Assembly (NCBI GenBank): GCA_025782575.1
Contig: JALGYY010000035.1
Span: 20,670-84,669 of the forward strand
Direction: 5' to 3'
Length of the DNA: 64,000 nt
From: a bacterium
Lineage (GTDB): Bacteria > Orphanbacterota > Orphanbacteria > Orphanbacterales > Orphanbacteraceae
Shown here: one piece after another, positions 35,759 to 46,574 of the stretch
Position numbering within the stretch: the stretch's first letter is position 1
How the letters are laid out: every line of letters starts with the position of its first letter
Translations under genes and position numbers: made by a program
Notes under the pieces: model-generated
Seen by the model: the letters and a program-made list of their open reading frames with translations, nothing else
What the model was told of the DNA's origin: nothing
The model's database searches: none

Positions 35759-37024
35759 TCACGATGCCTTGCCGCCGCTCTTTCGTTTCTTCTTCCGGCC
35801 GTAAGTCATGAGGGGGGCATCTCCCCGATCAATCACGCCATCGGTGATCACACATTCCGAAACATCGGTCATGGAGGGGAGATCGTACATGACATCGAGA
35901 AGCGCCTCTTCAAGAATGGCGCGCAGCCCGCGAGCACCGGTCTTTCGGCCCATCGCTTTTATTGCGGTCGCACGAAGGGCCTCTTCGGTGAAATCGAGGG
36001 CGATATTCTCCATCTCAAACAGGACCTGATACTGACGACAGAGGGCGTTTTTCGGCTTTGTCAAAACCTCGACGAGAGCGTCTTCATCGAGGTCACCAAG
36101 CGTACAGAGCGAAGGAAGCCGTCCGACGAGCTCCGGTATGAGCCCGTACTTCAGTAGATCTTCCGGCTCCGCCTTACTGAGAATCGCACTGCTCTGGCGC
36201 TCCGCCTTCGTACGGATCTTGGCGTTGAAACCCATCACCTTCTCGCCGATCCGCTTCGAGATAATCTGGTCCAGGCCCTCGAAAGCGCCGCCACAGATAA
36301 ACAGGATGTTTCTCGTGTTCACTTCGATATACTTCTGCTGCGGGTGCTTTCGCCCCCCCTGGGGCGGCACGTTCGCCGTTGTCCCCTCGAGAATCTTGAG
36401 GAGCGCCTGCTGAACACCTTCCCCCGATACATCCCTCGTGATCGACGGATTGTCCGACTTACGGGCCACTTTGTCGATTTCATCGATATAAACAATGCCC
36501 CGCTCGGCACTCGGAACATCGAAGTCCGCGTTCTGAAGTAGTTTGACCAGGATGTTTTCCACGTCCTCACCGACATAGCCGGCCTCGGTCAACGTTGTCG
36601 CATCGACAATCGCGAACGGTACGTTCAGCAACTTCGCCAATGTCTGTGCGAGAAGCGTCTTTCCTGTTCCCGTCGGACCGAGCAACAGGATATTCGCTTT
36701 TTCAAGCTCCACATCGTCGGTGCTCGATTCGAAGTGAATGCGCTTGTAGTGATTATAGACCGCTACGGAGAGAACCTTTTTGGCGTACTCCTGGCTCACC
36801 ACATACTGATCGAGAAAACTATGAACCTCGGACGGCTTCGGAATCTCCGCCTCGGTGTACACCAGCTCCCGCCCCATCTCCTCGCGGAGAATGTCGTTAC
36901 AGAGCTTGATGCATTCGTTACAGATGTAGACAGACGGCCCCGAGATCAGTTTGGTGACCTCTTCTTGGCCCCGCCCGCAGAACGAGCAGCGAATGGGGTG
37001 GGGGGATCCGATCCGTTTCTTCAC
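35759..37024 (-). CDS. clpX: ATP-dependent Clp protease ATPase ClpX
   Basis: CSFCG...ICNEC Zn finger, [26 protein letters not shown]. Confidence 0.98.
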   Translation of the reverse strand: MKKRIGSPHPIRCSFCGRGQEEVTKLISGPSVYICNECIKLCNDILREEMGRELVYTEAEIPKPSEVHSFLDQYVVSQEYAKKVLSVAVYNHYKRIHFESSTDDVELEKANILLLGPTGTGKTLLAQTLAKLLNVPFAIVDATTLTEAGYVGEDVENILVKLLQNADFDVPSAERGIVYIDEIDKVARKSDNPSITRDVSGEGVQQALLKILEGTTANVPPQGGRKHPQQKYIEVNTRNILFICGGAFEGLDQIISKRIGEKVMGFNAKIRTKAERQSSAILSKAEPEDLLKYGLIPELVGRLPSLCTLGDLDEDALVEVLTKPKNALCRQYQVLFEMENIALDFTEEALRATAIKAMGRKTGARGLRAILEEALLDVMYDLPSMTDVSECVITDGVIDRGDAPLMTYGRKKKRKSGGKAS

Positions 37025-37055
37025 AAGCTAACCTCCGAGATTCCGAATTCGACAC

Positions 37056-37640
37056 TCAGTCGCGGTGAGTAATCACCTCATCAACAATACCGTACTTCCT
37101 GGCCTCTTCCGCGGACATGAAGTGATTCCTGTCCGTATCTTTACCGATCCGAGCGGGAGTCTGGTTGCAATGTTTCGATAGAATGCCGTTCAGGGTCTCC
37201 CTGACCTTCAGCAATTCCTTGGCGTAGATCTCCACGTCCGAAGCCTGGCCCTCACTTCCTCCGAGAGGCTGGTGAATCATGACCCGGGCATTCGGAAGGA
37301 TCGAGCGCTTCCCTTTTGTACCGGCCGCAAGAAGCACAGCGCCCATACTGGCCGCCTGGCCCATGCAGATCGTCATCACATCGGGCTTGATATACTGCAT
37401 CGTGTCATAGATCGCAAGCCCTGCCGTTACGACGCCACCCGGTGTGTTGATGTAAAGGTAGATATCCCGCTCGGGATCATCCGCCTCACAAAATAACATC
37501 TGTGCAATCGCGAGATTCGCTACGTTATCGTCGATCGCCGTACCAAGAAAGATAATACGATCCTTAAGCAGTCTCGAATAGATGTCGTACGCCCGCTCAC
37601 CGCGGCCGGTCTGCTCCACGACCATTGGTATCAGACCCAT
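37056..37640 (-). CDS. clpP: Clp protease proteolytic subunit
   Basis: [27 protein letters not shown]. Confidence 0.98.
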   Translation of the reverse strand: MGLIPMVVEQTGRGERAYDIYSRLLKDRIIFLGTAIDDNVANLAIAQMLFCEADDPERDIYLYINTPGGVVTAGLAIYDTMQYIKPDVMTICMGQAASMGAVLLAAGTKGKRSILPNARVMIHQPLGGSEGQASDVEIYAKELLKVRETLNGILSKHCNQTPARIGKDTDRNHFMSAEEARKYGIVDEVITHRD

Positions 37641-37644
37641 TGCC

Positions 37645-38961
37645 CTAACCCTCGCTCAAGTTGGAGTGTTCCTTGACCCACCGGAAGACCTTGTCCTCCC
37701 GAATGGCCCGCCGCATCTCGCTTCGGGCGCTCTCCTCCTCTTCCTTCCGCTCATCCCGCGAAAGGTGGGAGAGATCCTTACGGGCCAATATGGCCTGGAC
37801 AGCCCGGTCAATTTCCCGATCCGACGGTTCGAGATCCTCTTTCTTACTAATTTCGGTCACTATGGCAAGTTTCTGAATCGCCCGGGTCGATCCTTTTCGC
37901 CGTTCTTCTGTAATTGAGGCCCGCTGTTTGGCTGCTTCCTCCCGTTTATCCTCCGGAATCTGATCCTCCGGGATGAAATCGGGCATGGAAGACTGTGAGA
38001 CCCGGTCGATGATCCTGGACGAAAGATCGACTTTATTATGCTTCAGAAGCTCGTCAAACAGATGAGCCTGGAGCTCCCTGTCCGCCTCTTCTTCGGCCAT
38101 TCTGGTCAATTCCGCTCGAATCTCATCTTTCAGGCTGTCGAGCGTGCCGTCCTCTTTCCCCATGACCCGTGCGGCAAATGAGTCGTCCACAACAGGAAGG
38201 GCCTTCTCCAGAATCTCGTGGACGTCGATTCTGAACTCGACTTTACTTCCCGCGAGTGAGCGGGCGGGGTGATCCTCCGGAAAATCGATGACGATAGACT
38301 TCTGATCGTCCACCTCGGCACCGATCAGCCCTTCCGTCAATGTGAGGGGAACGACATCGCTCCCGGGAGGGGCGTCGAGAATCATCTCCACGTCGGTCAC
38401 CCGCTTGCCGAACGCCCGGCCGTCTTCCATGAATCTCTGATAGGAGAGTTTGATCTTATCCCCCTTCATTGACTCCCGTTTGACCGGAATGAAATCCAGA
38501 TTGTGGTTCTGCAGGCCGGTTAGCTCCCGATCGATATCATCGTCACCCACAGGTTTCACACGGCGAGAGAGCTTGAGGTCCCGGTAATTCGAAAGTTCCA
38601 CCACCGGCCATTCGTCTACTGTCACGCGGAACCGGATCGGCTCTCCGTCAGGAGCCTTCAGATCGCCGATTTCGGGATCGAAGAACGGCACGACATCAGC
38701 CTCTCGAAGGGACTTCCAGGCCGCGTCCGATACGATTCTCTCGAGCGCTTCGCTTCGAACGGCGTCTTTATATTTCGCTTCCAGGATCGAACGGGGCGCC
38801 TTCCCCTTCCGAAATCCCGGAATATTGACCTTTTTACCGAGCCGGTTGAATTCCATATCCATCTGCCCGGTCAGGGAATTGAGCGCTACTTCGATGGAGA
38901 AGATCTTATGCCCCGGCTCCGGTTCCTCGATCTCGACGGTTTTGCAATCGGGGCCCTTCAC
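37645..38961 (-). CDS. tig: Trigger factor
   Basis: [10 protein letters not shown] signature; upstream of clpP. Confidence 0.93.
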   Translation of the reverse strand: MKGPDCKTVEIEEPEPGHKIFSIEVALNSLTGQMDMEFNRLGKKVNIPGFRKGKAPRSILEAKYKDAVRSEALERIVSDAAWKSLREADVVPFFDPEIGDLKAPDGEPIRFRVTVDEWPVVELSNYRDLKLSRRVKPVGDDDIDRELTGLQNHNLDFIPVKRESMKGDKIKLSYQRFMEDGRAFGKRVTDVEMILDAPPGSDVVPLTLTEGLIGAEVDDQKSIVIDFPEDHPARSLAGSKVEFRIDVHEILEKALPVVDDSFAARVMGKEDGTLDSLKDEIRAELTRMAEEEADRELQAHLFDELLKHNKVDLSSRIIDRVSQSSMPDFIPEDQIPEDKREEAAKQRASITEERRKGSTRAIQKLAIVTEISKKEDLEPSDREIDRAVQAILARKDLSHLSRDERKEEEESARSEMRRAIREDKVFRWVKEHSNLSEG

Positions 38962-38998
38962 GCTTGGTTCGCCTCACTTTTCTTGCTGTTTGATGGGG

Positions 38999-39080
<82 letters not shown>

Positions 39081-39144
39081 AAGGATCTGGAGTCCCCACA
39101 GGGGAACCCATCCGCTCACAATCCTTAGCAGCAGGCTGCCTAGA

Positions 39145-39173
39145 TGTATACCAGCGAGTAGGGGGGTCGTCAA
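39145..39173 (-). promoter_or_regulatory. Sigma-70 promoter for tRNA-Leu/tig operon
   Basis: TTGACG-N17-TATACA on the minus strand. Confidence 0.55.
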
Positions 39174-39218
39174 GGACTGGGAACGCTAATTGCTTAATAT
39201 GCGGGGGCTTGCAGGGGC

Positions 39219-40031
39219 CTACTGAGCACCCTTCCCGGTGAGGACAACGACGACCGTTCGGAGCAGAATCCTGAAATCCTGCAGCCAGCCCTTGCGGGAT
39301 ACGTAGTCCAGATCGTACTCCAGTTTGACTTTGACATCATCGAGACACGTGTCGTACTGGTGCTCCACCTGGGCGAGTCCCGTAATGCCCGGTTTGACGC
39401 GGAGTCGCAACGCATAATCGGGCATTTCCCCGATCAGATCCCTCACGAAGGTCGGGCGCTCGGGCCTCGGCCCGACAAGGCTCATATCCCCTCTCAGCAC
39501 ATTGAAGAACTGTGGCGTCTCATCGATCCTCAGGTGACGCAGGATCTTACCCAGAAACGTGATACGCGGATCATTCCTCGTAGCCCAGATAGGGCCGACA
39601 CGATTCTCCGCACCGTCCACCATGGTTCGGAATTTATAGATGATAAACGGCTTTCCCGGAAGGTCGAGGGTCCGTCGATCGTATACATCATAGAAACTAT
39701 TGGACGCCGATGTGACGGGGAGGGGGCTCCGCCGATTCAAACCGATTCTGACCTGCCTGTAGATGATCGGCCCCGGCGAAGTCAGACGCACGAGAAAACC
39801 GACCAGACTGTAGAGAGGCAGCAGGCAGATCACGGCGAGTAGAGCGAGAAAGCGATCGGTGATCTCCTGGAGAAACGGGGGGTGGATCGGACCGTTGTCG
39901 AGGTGAGGCAGGGCGCCGGCAGTCACCTTGGAGAGGTCGATTACCTTGAGATCCGCTCTCGTCAAGCCGCTCTTCTCCCGCGACCGATCGCGCGCCGCCC
40001 CTCGTGTTAGTCCGTTACGTCTCTTCATCAC
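39219..40031 (-). CDS. Polyprenyl-phosphate sugar transferase (WcaJ/WbaP catalytic domain)
   Basis: SPGP..Y.Q.R.G, KFRTM, DPRIT..G..LR...DE.PQ..NVL.GDMS.VGPRPE, KPGITG.AQV. Confidence 0.94.
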   Translation of the reverse strand: MMKRRNGLTRGAARDRSREKSGLTRADLKVIDLSKVTAGALPHLDNGPIHPPFLQEITDRFLALLAVICLLPLYSLVGFLVRLTSPGPIIYRQVRIGLNRRSPLPVTSASNSFYDVYDRRTLDLPGKPFIIYKFRTMVDGAENRVGPIWATRNDPRITFLGKILRHLRIDETPQFFNVLRGDMSLVGPRPERPTFVRDLIGEMPDYALRLRVKPGITGLAQVEHQYDTCLDDVKVKLEYDLDYVSRKGWLQDFRILLRTVVVVLTGKGAQ

Positions 40032-40114
40032 TCTTCCGGACTTCCGCCCGCTATGTCACTTTTCGGCTTCCCATGCCGATCAGTTGCCCCCAAAAATGCC
40101 GAAATCGCCCGTAT

Positions 40115-40130
40115 TGCAAAAAAAATGCCT
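40115..40130 (-). promoter_or_regulatory. Sigma-54 promoter for the sugar transferase
   Basis: Minus strand AGGCAT-TTTTT-TTGCA with GG-N10-GC spacing, about 85 nt before the start. Confidence 0.6.
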
Positions 40131-40468
40131 GTCCGAGTTCCGACAGGAGCCGGGGACGAACCGGTTTGCATACGGCCGATCAAGGGAACGGCTTTGAGAT
40201 TAGGATTATATCGCAGAAATTGGGATATAGTCAAGGCGAACTAACCGCCTTAACAGTTTGAAACTGCGGGTTTTCCCTCATAGCTGCCCCCCGAAAGGTT
40301 TACCGGGGTTCCTGTCCAACGTGCCAGGACTTACCGGGGGCGTCATAGTAAGAGCCGACGGGGCTCGTAGAAAGGAGTATACATCGCCTGATGAAAGTGT
40401 CGAGGAAATCAGGCGGGCGCTCTTGATGCCCTCGGACCTCAGACAGGCGATATCATACCGGAGGGGCC

Positions 40469-42631
40469 TCAGGGAGCCGAAAGAATGTCCTGTGTCGTGA
40501 ATGAAAGTACGTCGCTGAAGTTTGATACGTTCCTGACGTCAGTCACCGTGATCTGATAGAAATACTCCGTATTCGCCACCAGGCTCTCCAGTTCAAGAAT
40601 ATGGGCAATCTGCTGGGTACGGCTCTCGTCTGACCCGACATCCAGAGTTGTTGGCGAGAGACCCCAGCGGACGGATGCCTCGGTCGGCACATCGGTTCGA
40701 ACAAGGATAACGGCGGAAGTCTCGCCTGCAGTCACAGCGATACTTGCAATTGTCGGTAGTCCCGCATCGGAAAAGACCGCCTGAACGATATTGCTCGCAG
40801 TTCTGTTCCCGCCGCGATCGACAGCTTCAATGAAGTATTGCACGTAAAACGGCGTCTCCACCACTTCCGGGTAGTCAGCATAGGTCGTGGCCACCTGGCT
40901 GTTCAGCGTATCGATCCTAGTGAACGACCCCGGGGAAGGAGTGGTCTGCTTGTCATCCGTATGCCTGTAAATCACGTACGACGCAAAATCAGGATCGGGA
41001 TTCTGCTGCCAGCTGAGCGAGACATTCTGATTAATGAGATCGACATTCGGATTTCCGAGAGAGACGAATGTCGGATCGAGATCGGTAGTAAGAACCGACA
41101 CGACCTCGGAACCGGACGCGAGACCACCCTCGTCGACCACGTAGAGCCGGTAAAAATAGTTCGTCGCCTGATCAGAGGTTTCATCCGTAAGGGTTCTTGT
41201 GAAAATCTCTGCTGAAATCGTTGTCACCAGATCGGAGAGACGACTGACTGCCTCGTCTGTCGATCGCCGAAGCTCATAAGCGGCGAAATCGTGAACGGTA
41301 GACGGATCGACCGCCGACCAGGTGAGAGTCACATCCGTCGAGGGGGAATCGGCCGCGGCCGCTTCGAACAGAGTAACGGCGACGGGTGCTACGTTCTCAG
41401 TCGTGCCGGCCACTTCGTTTGAGCGGGCGATCCTGCCGTCCCTGTCTTCGACGAAGACCCTGTAGTAGTAAGTAGTCGCATCGAGCAGACCGCTCGAGTC
41501 GACCAGGGTCGTCACATGGCGATCGGTGATCACGCCGATCACGCGGTCCTCCGCTTCCACGCTCGGAACTGTCCCCCGAAAGACGCGATAACGCGCGAAA
41601 TCGAGGTCGCCGTTTACGCTCCAAGAGAGGGCGATCCAGTCGGGACCGATCTCGGTAGGCGCGGAAAGCAGAACTGCCTCCGGATCGCCACCGGTCTCTG
41701 CTATCGTAACGCCCGTTTCGGTAGTCACGTCACTCGCGATATTTCCCGCACGATCGACAAACTCGCCGATGAGTACGGTCGTGTCTACTTCGACTCCGGG
41801 CCGGATCACGAAATCAGTACGATAGGTCGCCGAGGCTTCGTCGTAGAGGAGAGGCTCACTCACTAGCACGCCGGGAAGCGTGAACGATGCCGTGCCACCA
41901 GGTTCACCGGTTTTCATCACCAGACTCAATGTGTCACCCGGCTCCAGAATCGCCCCACCCGAAGATTCCGTGAACGAGAGGATCTTCGCCTCGGTATCCA
42001 GCATGATTTCATCGGTAAAGACATCGGTCAGCGTACCCGAAGCCGTTCGGAACTGGACGTAGACCGTTTTTGTTCCGTCCCCCTCTTCGAGGAGCCATCC
42101 CCTCGATGACGTGAAGGCTTCAAAAAAGCTCCCCGTGAAATCGGAATCATTGGCGACCATGATCGAGGCTGCGTCGCCGGGAGTGGTGAATACCAGATTG
42201 ACTGTTCGAGTCGCCGTAAACTCCGCGCGGTCATTGATTACAAGACCGAACGTGCCCGGCGTCACCAGAATGGCGGCGGAGAGATTCGACTCGATCCTGT
42301 TATCGCCGATCGAGGTCACTTGATAGCTGTAGGTACGGCCCGGTACGAGCCCGTCGTCCTGATAGGCCGTGGTCGCGGATGTGTCGACCAGAACCGTATC
42401 GATACTCGCATTGTCGGCGCGATAGACTCCGAAACCGGCCACACCACCCAGGCTTGCGATCTCCCAGGTAAGAGAGACGCCATCCTCACCGAGGACGGCA
42501 CCGAGATCAGTCGGGACGGGGGGGGCGCGAAGGGGGTCGGGAATCGTGGTCGGAGCATCGTCGCCACCACAACCGGATAGTCCGATCAGGAGGACCACTC
42601 CCATCGTGAAAGGAATTCGATTCAGCCTCAT
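40469..42631 (-). CDS. Lipoprotein with multiple fibronectin type III-like domains
   Basis: Lipobox LSGC; repeated L.W.....DF..Y...R and T.Y.Y.V...D..G....S blocks; acidic. Confidence 0.85.
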   Translation of the reverse strand: MRLNRIPFTMGVVLLIGLSGCGGDDAPTTIPDPLRAPPVPTDLGAVLGEDGVSLTWEIASLGGVAGFGVYRADNASIDTVLVDTSATTAYQDDGLVPGRTYSYQVTSIGDNRIESNLSAAILVTPGTFGLVINDRAEFTATRTVNLVFTTPGDAASIMVANDSDFTGSFFEAFTSSRGWLLEEGDGTKTVYVQFRTASGTLTDVFTDEIMLDTEAKILSFTESSGGAILEPGDTLSLVMKTGEPGGTASFTLPGVLVSEPLLYDEASATYRTDFVIRPGVEVDTTVLIGEFVDRAGNIASDVTTETGVTIAETGGDPEAVLLSAPTEIGPDWIALSWSVNGDLDFARYRVFRGTVPSVEAEDRVIGVITDRHVTTLVDSSGLLDATTYYYRVFVEDRDGRIARSNEVAGTTENVAPVAVTLFEAAAADSPSTDVTLTWSAVDPSTVHDFAAYELRRSTDEAVSRLSDLVTTISAEIFTRTLTDETSDQATNYFYRLYVVDEGGLASGSEVVSVLTTDLDPTFVSLGNPNVDLINQNVSLSWQQNPDPDFASYVIYRHTDDKQTTPSPGSFTRIDTLNSQVATTYADYPEVVETPFYVQYFIEAVDRGGNRTASNIVQAVFSDAGLPTIASIAVTAGETSAVILVRTDVPTEASVRWGLSPTTLDVGSDESRTQQIAHILELESLVANTEYFYQITVTDVRNVSNFSDVLSFTTQDILSAP

Positions 42632-42643
42632 TCCCCAATCCTC

Positions 42644-43786
42644 CTAAAACCGGTAAGAAATAGCGACGCCGGGAGCATGTGTAGCCGGCGTATGAACCAT
42701 GCCGAGTTCCGTGGTCGATTCAGGACGGGCGGAATCCCTCGGGCCGGTGAAGATCGCGTCGATCACCGAAGCCGCCCATACACCTGCGGCGGCAATCGCC
42801 CAGGCGTTACGTCGGTCTTCCACGTCATCTCGATCGCCGATCGCAACGCCTCTTCGAGCCTCGACCTGATTGAAGAACGCCGCCTCTTCTTCCGAATTCG
42901 GTGCAAGCACCGCCAGCTCTCTATCCAGCGCGTCCAGCCGATCTCTCTCTTCTTCCAGATTGAGATGGGCTTCGAGGGCCTGATATCCTACGAACACCGC
43001 AGAGGCCGCGTACACCAGACCACGAAGCGAGTAGCCGGCATAGTCCTGGCCGAGCCCCGGAAAGAGCGCGGATCGAATGGCGCGACGGAAACGGTTCTTC
43101 TCGCGAAGTGAAATCTGTAATAGATTGCCCGATCCCTCTTGGAGATCGAGTGATTGATGGAAGAAGAGGGCGTCAATGAGATTCCCAGCCCAGAACGCCC
43201 CCATGGTCATGAGAGCAAAGTCACGGTTTCTCTTGGCGGCATCCCGGAGAACTTCGAGTTCCAGTGTGGCGTCGAGTACGAGGGGATCCACGTCGCCCGA
43301 CGACAATGACTGCTGCAGAACGACATTGGACAGATCGTAAAGAGACCGGGCGTCATCGTAGTCACCATCCAGCCTCCAGGTTGTGATTCCCGATACCGCC
43401 CACATGCCGCCCCAGATAGAACCAGCTGTGCGCCGTCCCTCGAAGAACTGTCCGCTCCCCGGGAGCGTGGCGGACCGGAAGAATCGGCCGAGCCTGAGGC
43501 TCCTCACTTCGGGCATCAAGAGAAGACGATCGTTCCTGGTACGGAGACGAATGATCCCGCGCGATTCCTGGTACCCGTCCAGCCGGGCCCGCACGTAGTA
43601 TTCACCGTCCATCCGGTTATCCAATGGGAACGGGCTTACCCCCCTGACCGCCGTATTCCCCGTAAGTTCGACAAATGCGCCGAGGGGATGGGTCCAGACA
43701 GTCAGATCATCAGCAGAAACAGTTGATACGGGAACGAGAGAAAGCAGAAGGATCAGGGAGATCCATGGAGTGGTTCGTCTACTCAT
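42644..43786 (-). CDS. Exported membrane protein: PEGA-like domain plus two internal repeats
   Basis: Signal peptide; T.P.GA.V..G.SP..G.Y.V...L.GY; twice RSA..PG.GQ...G...G and W....IDA.F; ends ISYRF. Confidence 0.7.
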   Translation of the reverse strand: MSRRTTPWISLILLLSLVPVSTVSADDLTVWTHPLGAFVELTGNTAVRGVSPFPLDNRMDGEYYVRARLDGYQESRGIIRLRTRNDRLLLMPEVRSLRLGRFFRSATLPGSGQFFEGRRTAGSIWGGMWAVSGITTWRLDGDYDDARSLYDLSNVVLQQSLSSGDVDPLVLDATLELEVLRDAAKRNRDFALMTMGAFWAGNLIDALFFHQSLDLQEGSGNLLQISLREKNRFRRAIRSALFPGLGQDYAGYSLRGLVYAASAVFVGYQALEAHLNLEEERDRLDALDRELAVLAPNSEEEAAFFNQVEARRGVAIGDRDDVEDRRNAWAIAAAGVWAASVIDAIFTGPRDSARPESTTELGMVHTPATHAPGVAISYRF

Positions 43787-43832
43787 CTGAGTCAGATTCC
43801 TTCCTCTCGCGAATCGCAGTTAAGCCTGCCGC

Positions 43833-43861
43833 AGTATAAGGACGCCCCAATGAGGTGTCAA
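43833..43861 (-). promoter_or_regulatory. Near-consensus sigma-70 promoter
   Basis: TTGACA-N17-TATACT on the minus strand upstream of 43786. Confidence 0.8.
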
Positions 43862-43903
43862 GACTCCAAGTCCCTTCATCTACAGAGGTTCGACATACGG
43901 GTT

Positions 43904-44794
43904 TCAATCTTGATCGAATGATTCCATCTCGTACAGGGGAAGTTCTCGCGATCGAATCGCCTCCCGGATCGGTCCGAAGGCTCCCTCGCCGATCAGTCTA
44001 CCCAGCCTCTCCTCCACTCGGCCGATTCCGCTGTAATGCCGGATGCGGGAGAGGAGTGGCATCGGAATTCTCGGCTGGTCCGAATCAATTTCCCAGGGAT
44101 GGGTGTAGAGGTTGATGAAGCCCCCCCGTTTCCGTACCGACCGAAAGCCCTGACGGATCAATGGGAAGGGGAGAAGCCTGAGATATCCCCCTCCAGAAAC
44201 CGGAAAAGCGACCGGCCCCAATGGGAAGGTCGTCATCGGGACTTCAATAATCTCAGCCCCGCCCGTTTGGAGCCGAACCGGGTCGGCCGGAAATCCGGGA
44301 ATGCCGTATCGATCATGATGGATCGGAAATATACTTGAGTCGTACTCAAACCCGAGTTCCTCGAGAATCGGGATCGCCCACAGTGTCTTTCTGGTGATGG
44401 AGAATGTCGGTGCCCGATACCCGGTCACCCGGGCCCCGATCATATCCTCGAGGAGAGACTTCGCGGCACCGACGTCTTCTCGAAACTGCTCCTCCGATAG
44501 ATTATGAATCAGTTCATGACGGCCGCCGTGACATCCCACTTCGTGGCCCGCTTCGTGGATTCGACGTATGAGAGGGCGGTTTCTTTCGGCGAACCATCCT
44601 AGAACGAAGAAGGTCGCGCACACTCCCCACTGGTCGAACCGTTCGAGCAGGCGCTCGACGGCAGGAGCGCTTCTCCCCTGGCGTTCTTCCCATTCGTGTT
44701 CGCTGATTCTGCCGTCAAATATCGTGGCATGGAAGTACTCTTCCACGTCTACACTCAACCCGTCCCGAATTTTTGGCGAACCGTTTTCAGTCAT
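43904..44794 (-). CDS. Polysaccharide deacetylase (XrtA/PEP-CTERM-associated subfamily-like)
   Basis: SVDVEEYFH, ATFFVLGW.AE, GHE.GCHG..H, GYRAP.FSI, YDSSIFP..HDRYG, GGGY.R, HPWEID. Confidence 0.9.
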   Translation of the reverse strand: MTENGSPKIRDGLSVDVEEYFHATIFDGRISEHEWEERQGRSAPAVERLLERFDQWGVCATFFVLGWFAERNRPLIRRIHEAGHEVGCHGGRHELIHNLSEEQFREDVGAAKSLLEDMIGARVTGYRAPTFSITRKTLWAIPILEELGFEYDSSIFPIHHDRYGIPGFPADPVRLQTGGAEIIEVPMTTFPLGPVAFPVSGGGYLRLLPFPLIRQGFRSVRKRGGFINLYTHPWEIDSDQPRIPMPLLSRIRHYSGIGRVEERLGRLIGEGAFGPIREAIRSRELPLYEMESFDQD

Positions 44795-44843
44795 GACGCT
44801 TACCTGCCGGGGCGGTCGATTCCCGGAATGAAGAGAAGTCCCC

Positions 44844-44872
44844 TTGCGGTCTCCGGGAGACCTGACTATGCT
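44844..44872 (+). promoter_or_regulatory. Sigma-70 promoter for the ABC operon
   Basis: TTGCGG-N17-TATGCT. Confidence 0.55.
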
Positions 44873-44941
44873 GGGGCTTTCCCGGTTCGTCTAGCATTTT
44901 ACCGGTAACCTGAATCCCCGGCTTGACGAAAGGAAGGATCC

Positions 44942-46549
44942 ATTCGCGCTTTCAGTACGATATTCGTCTTTGTCGCGCTTCTCTTAAGTTCTTCCTGCGG
45001 AGGGGGAGAGAAGACTGCGAACAACGGGAATGAAGGGCCGGACGGCGGCACACTGATTGTCGGCGTCGATATCGATGCGGATGCGCTCACGCCGCTCGTT
45101 TCCCGCACCGCTTCCGGCAGCCAGGTGCACGCCCAGATTTTTGCTTCCCTGGCGAGAACGAATCCTGACATGGCGACCTATTCTCCCTGGCTGGCCGAGT
45201 CATGGAAATTTTCCAAGGATCATAAGTCACTCACATTTCTGCTTCGAAACGATGTGACATGGCATGACGGTGTCCGCTTTTCCGCGTATGACGTCGAGTT
45301 TGCCGCGCCTCTCTACAAGGAACCGTCGATCGCCTCTTCGGTGGTTCGCTGGCAGGATCACATCACGAATGTTGTCGCTCTTGATTCATTCAGAGTTCGT
45401 TTCGATTTTGATGCGGTCTATCCGTATCAGTTTACCGACGCCAATGTGGCGAAGCCGCTTCCCCGGCATATTCTGGAGGGGCTGACTCCTGAGGAGATTC
45501 GGGATTCCCCGTTTCACCGCTCGCCGATCGGTACGGGACCGTTTCAATTCGATAGCTGGACTGCACAGCAATCGATCGTGCTCACTGCCTACGAAGAATA
45601 CTTTGAAGGACGGCCCCATCTTGATCGCGTGGTCTTCAAGATCGTGCCAGACCGCGTGAATCTACTGACTCAGCTTCGAACCGGTGAGATTGATTTTTAT
45701 CCCAAGCTTCCCCCGCACGCTCTTCAGGAGCTGGAAGAAAACGATGCGCTGGAAGTAATCGAGGTTCCGAGCCGGGTCTATTATTACCTGGGCTGGCAGA
45801 ATGATTTTCCATTGTTTGCCGATCGAAAAGTCAGGCGGGCGCTCACGATGGCGATCGATCGGGAGACGATTGTCAGCACGCTGCTCTACGGAAAGGGAGG
45901 GGTGATTCATGGACCGATCCTTCCGTTCTTGTGGGCCTACACTTCCGACGTCCCGACGATTCCCTACAATCAGGATGAGGCAAAGCGGCTCTTCGCCGAA
46001 ACAGGATGGGTGGATAGTGACGGAGACGGGTGGCTCGACAAAGACGGTGAAAAATTCGAGTTCACCATGAAGACTAACGAGAACAACGATCTTCGGAAAG
46101 ATGTAGTGGTAATCGTGCAGGAGATGCTGGCCAAGGTCGGCGTCAAACTCCATCCGGAGACTGTCGAGTGGACCGTGTTCGCCGAACAGGTGAGAGGACG
46201 CCAGTTCGAGGCGAGTTGCTACGGCTGGAGCCAGGGTGTCAAAGTCGATCTGACGAGCATCTGGCATTCCCGGTCGATCGAGTCCTCCTATAATATGGTG
46301 AGCTATCGTAATGACGATGTCGACCGGCTGATCGATCAAGCCGTGCTTGAACTGGACCGGGGAAAGGCGAAAAGGCTGTGGGCAGAGACGCAGCGAGTCA
46401 TCGCAGGCGACGTGCCCTACACGTTTCTCTTTTACCTCGACGATCTGTACGCCATCGACAAACGGTTCGAGAATGTAAACATCATCACGTACGCCTGGCA
46501 CTACAATCTTCATCAGTGGTACGTGCCGCCGGGAAAGAGGAAGTACTGA
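44942..46549 (+). CDS. Peptide/nickel ABC substrate-binding lipoprotein (SBP family 5); non-canonical start likely
   Basis: LAESW, F.LR.DV.WHDG, IGTGPF, D.KVR.A...AIDR; frame is open upstream of GTG 45125 to ATT 44942 and encodes a signal peptide with lipobox LSSSC. Confidence 0.88.
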   Translation: MRAFSTIFVFVALLLSSSCGGGEKTANNGNEGPDGGTLIVGVDIDADALTPLVSRTASGSQVHAQIFASLARTNPDMATYSPWLAESWKFSKDHKSLTFLLRNDVTWHDGVRFSAYDVEFAAPLYKEPSIASSVVRWQDHITNVVALDSFRVRFDFDAVYPYQFTDANVAKPLPRHILEGLTPEEIRDSPFHRSPIGTGPFQFDSWTAQQSIVLTAYEEYFEGRPHLDRVVFKIVPDRVNLLTQLRTGEIDFYPKLPPHALQELEENDALEVIEVPSRVYYYLGWQNDFPLFADRKVRRALTMAIDRETIVSTLLYGKGGVIHGPILPFLWAYTSDVPTIPYNQDEAKRLFAETGWVDSDGDGWLDKDGEKFEFTMKTNENNDLRKDVVVIVQEMLAKVGVKLHPETVEWTVFAEQVRGRQFEASCYGWSQGVKVDLTSIWHSRSIESSYNMVSYRNDDVDRLIDQAVLELDRGKAKRLWAETQRVIAGDVPYTFLFYLDDLYAIDKRFENVNIITYAWHYNLHQWYVPPGKRKY

Positions 46550-46574
46550 TCGGTCATTGCAAAGGGAGTGCTGA

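Noticed and set aside
40385-40415. CTGATGA...GAAA resembling a hammerhead ribozyme core
   Set aside because: The intervening 10 nt cannot form stem II, and the core bases sit inside a simple hairpin
40258-40500. 80 aa + strand ORF in the intergenic region
   Set aside because: TTG start without SD, no motif, overlaps the end of the FN3 lipoprotein gene
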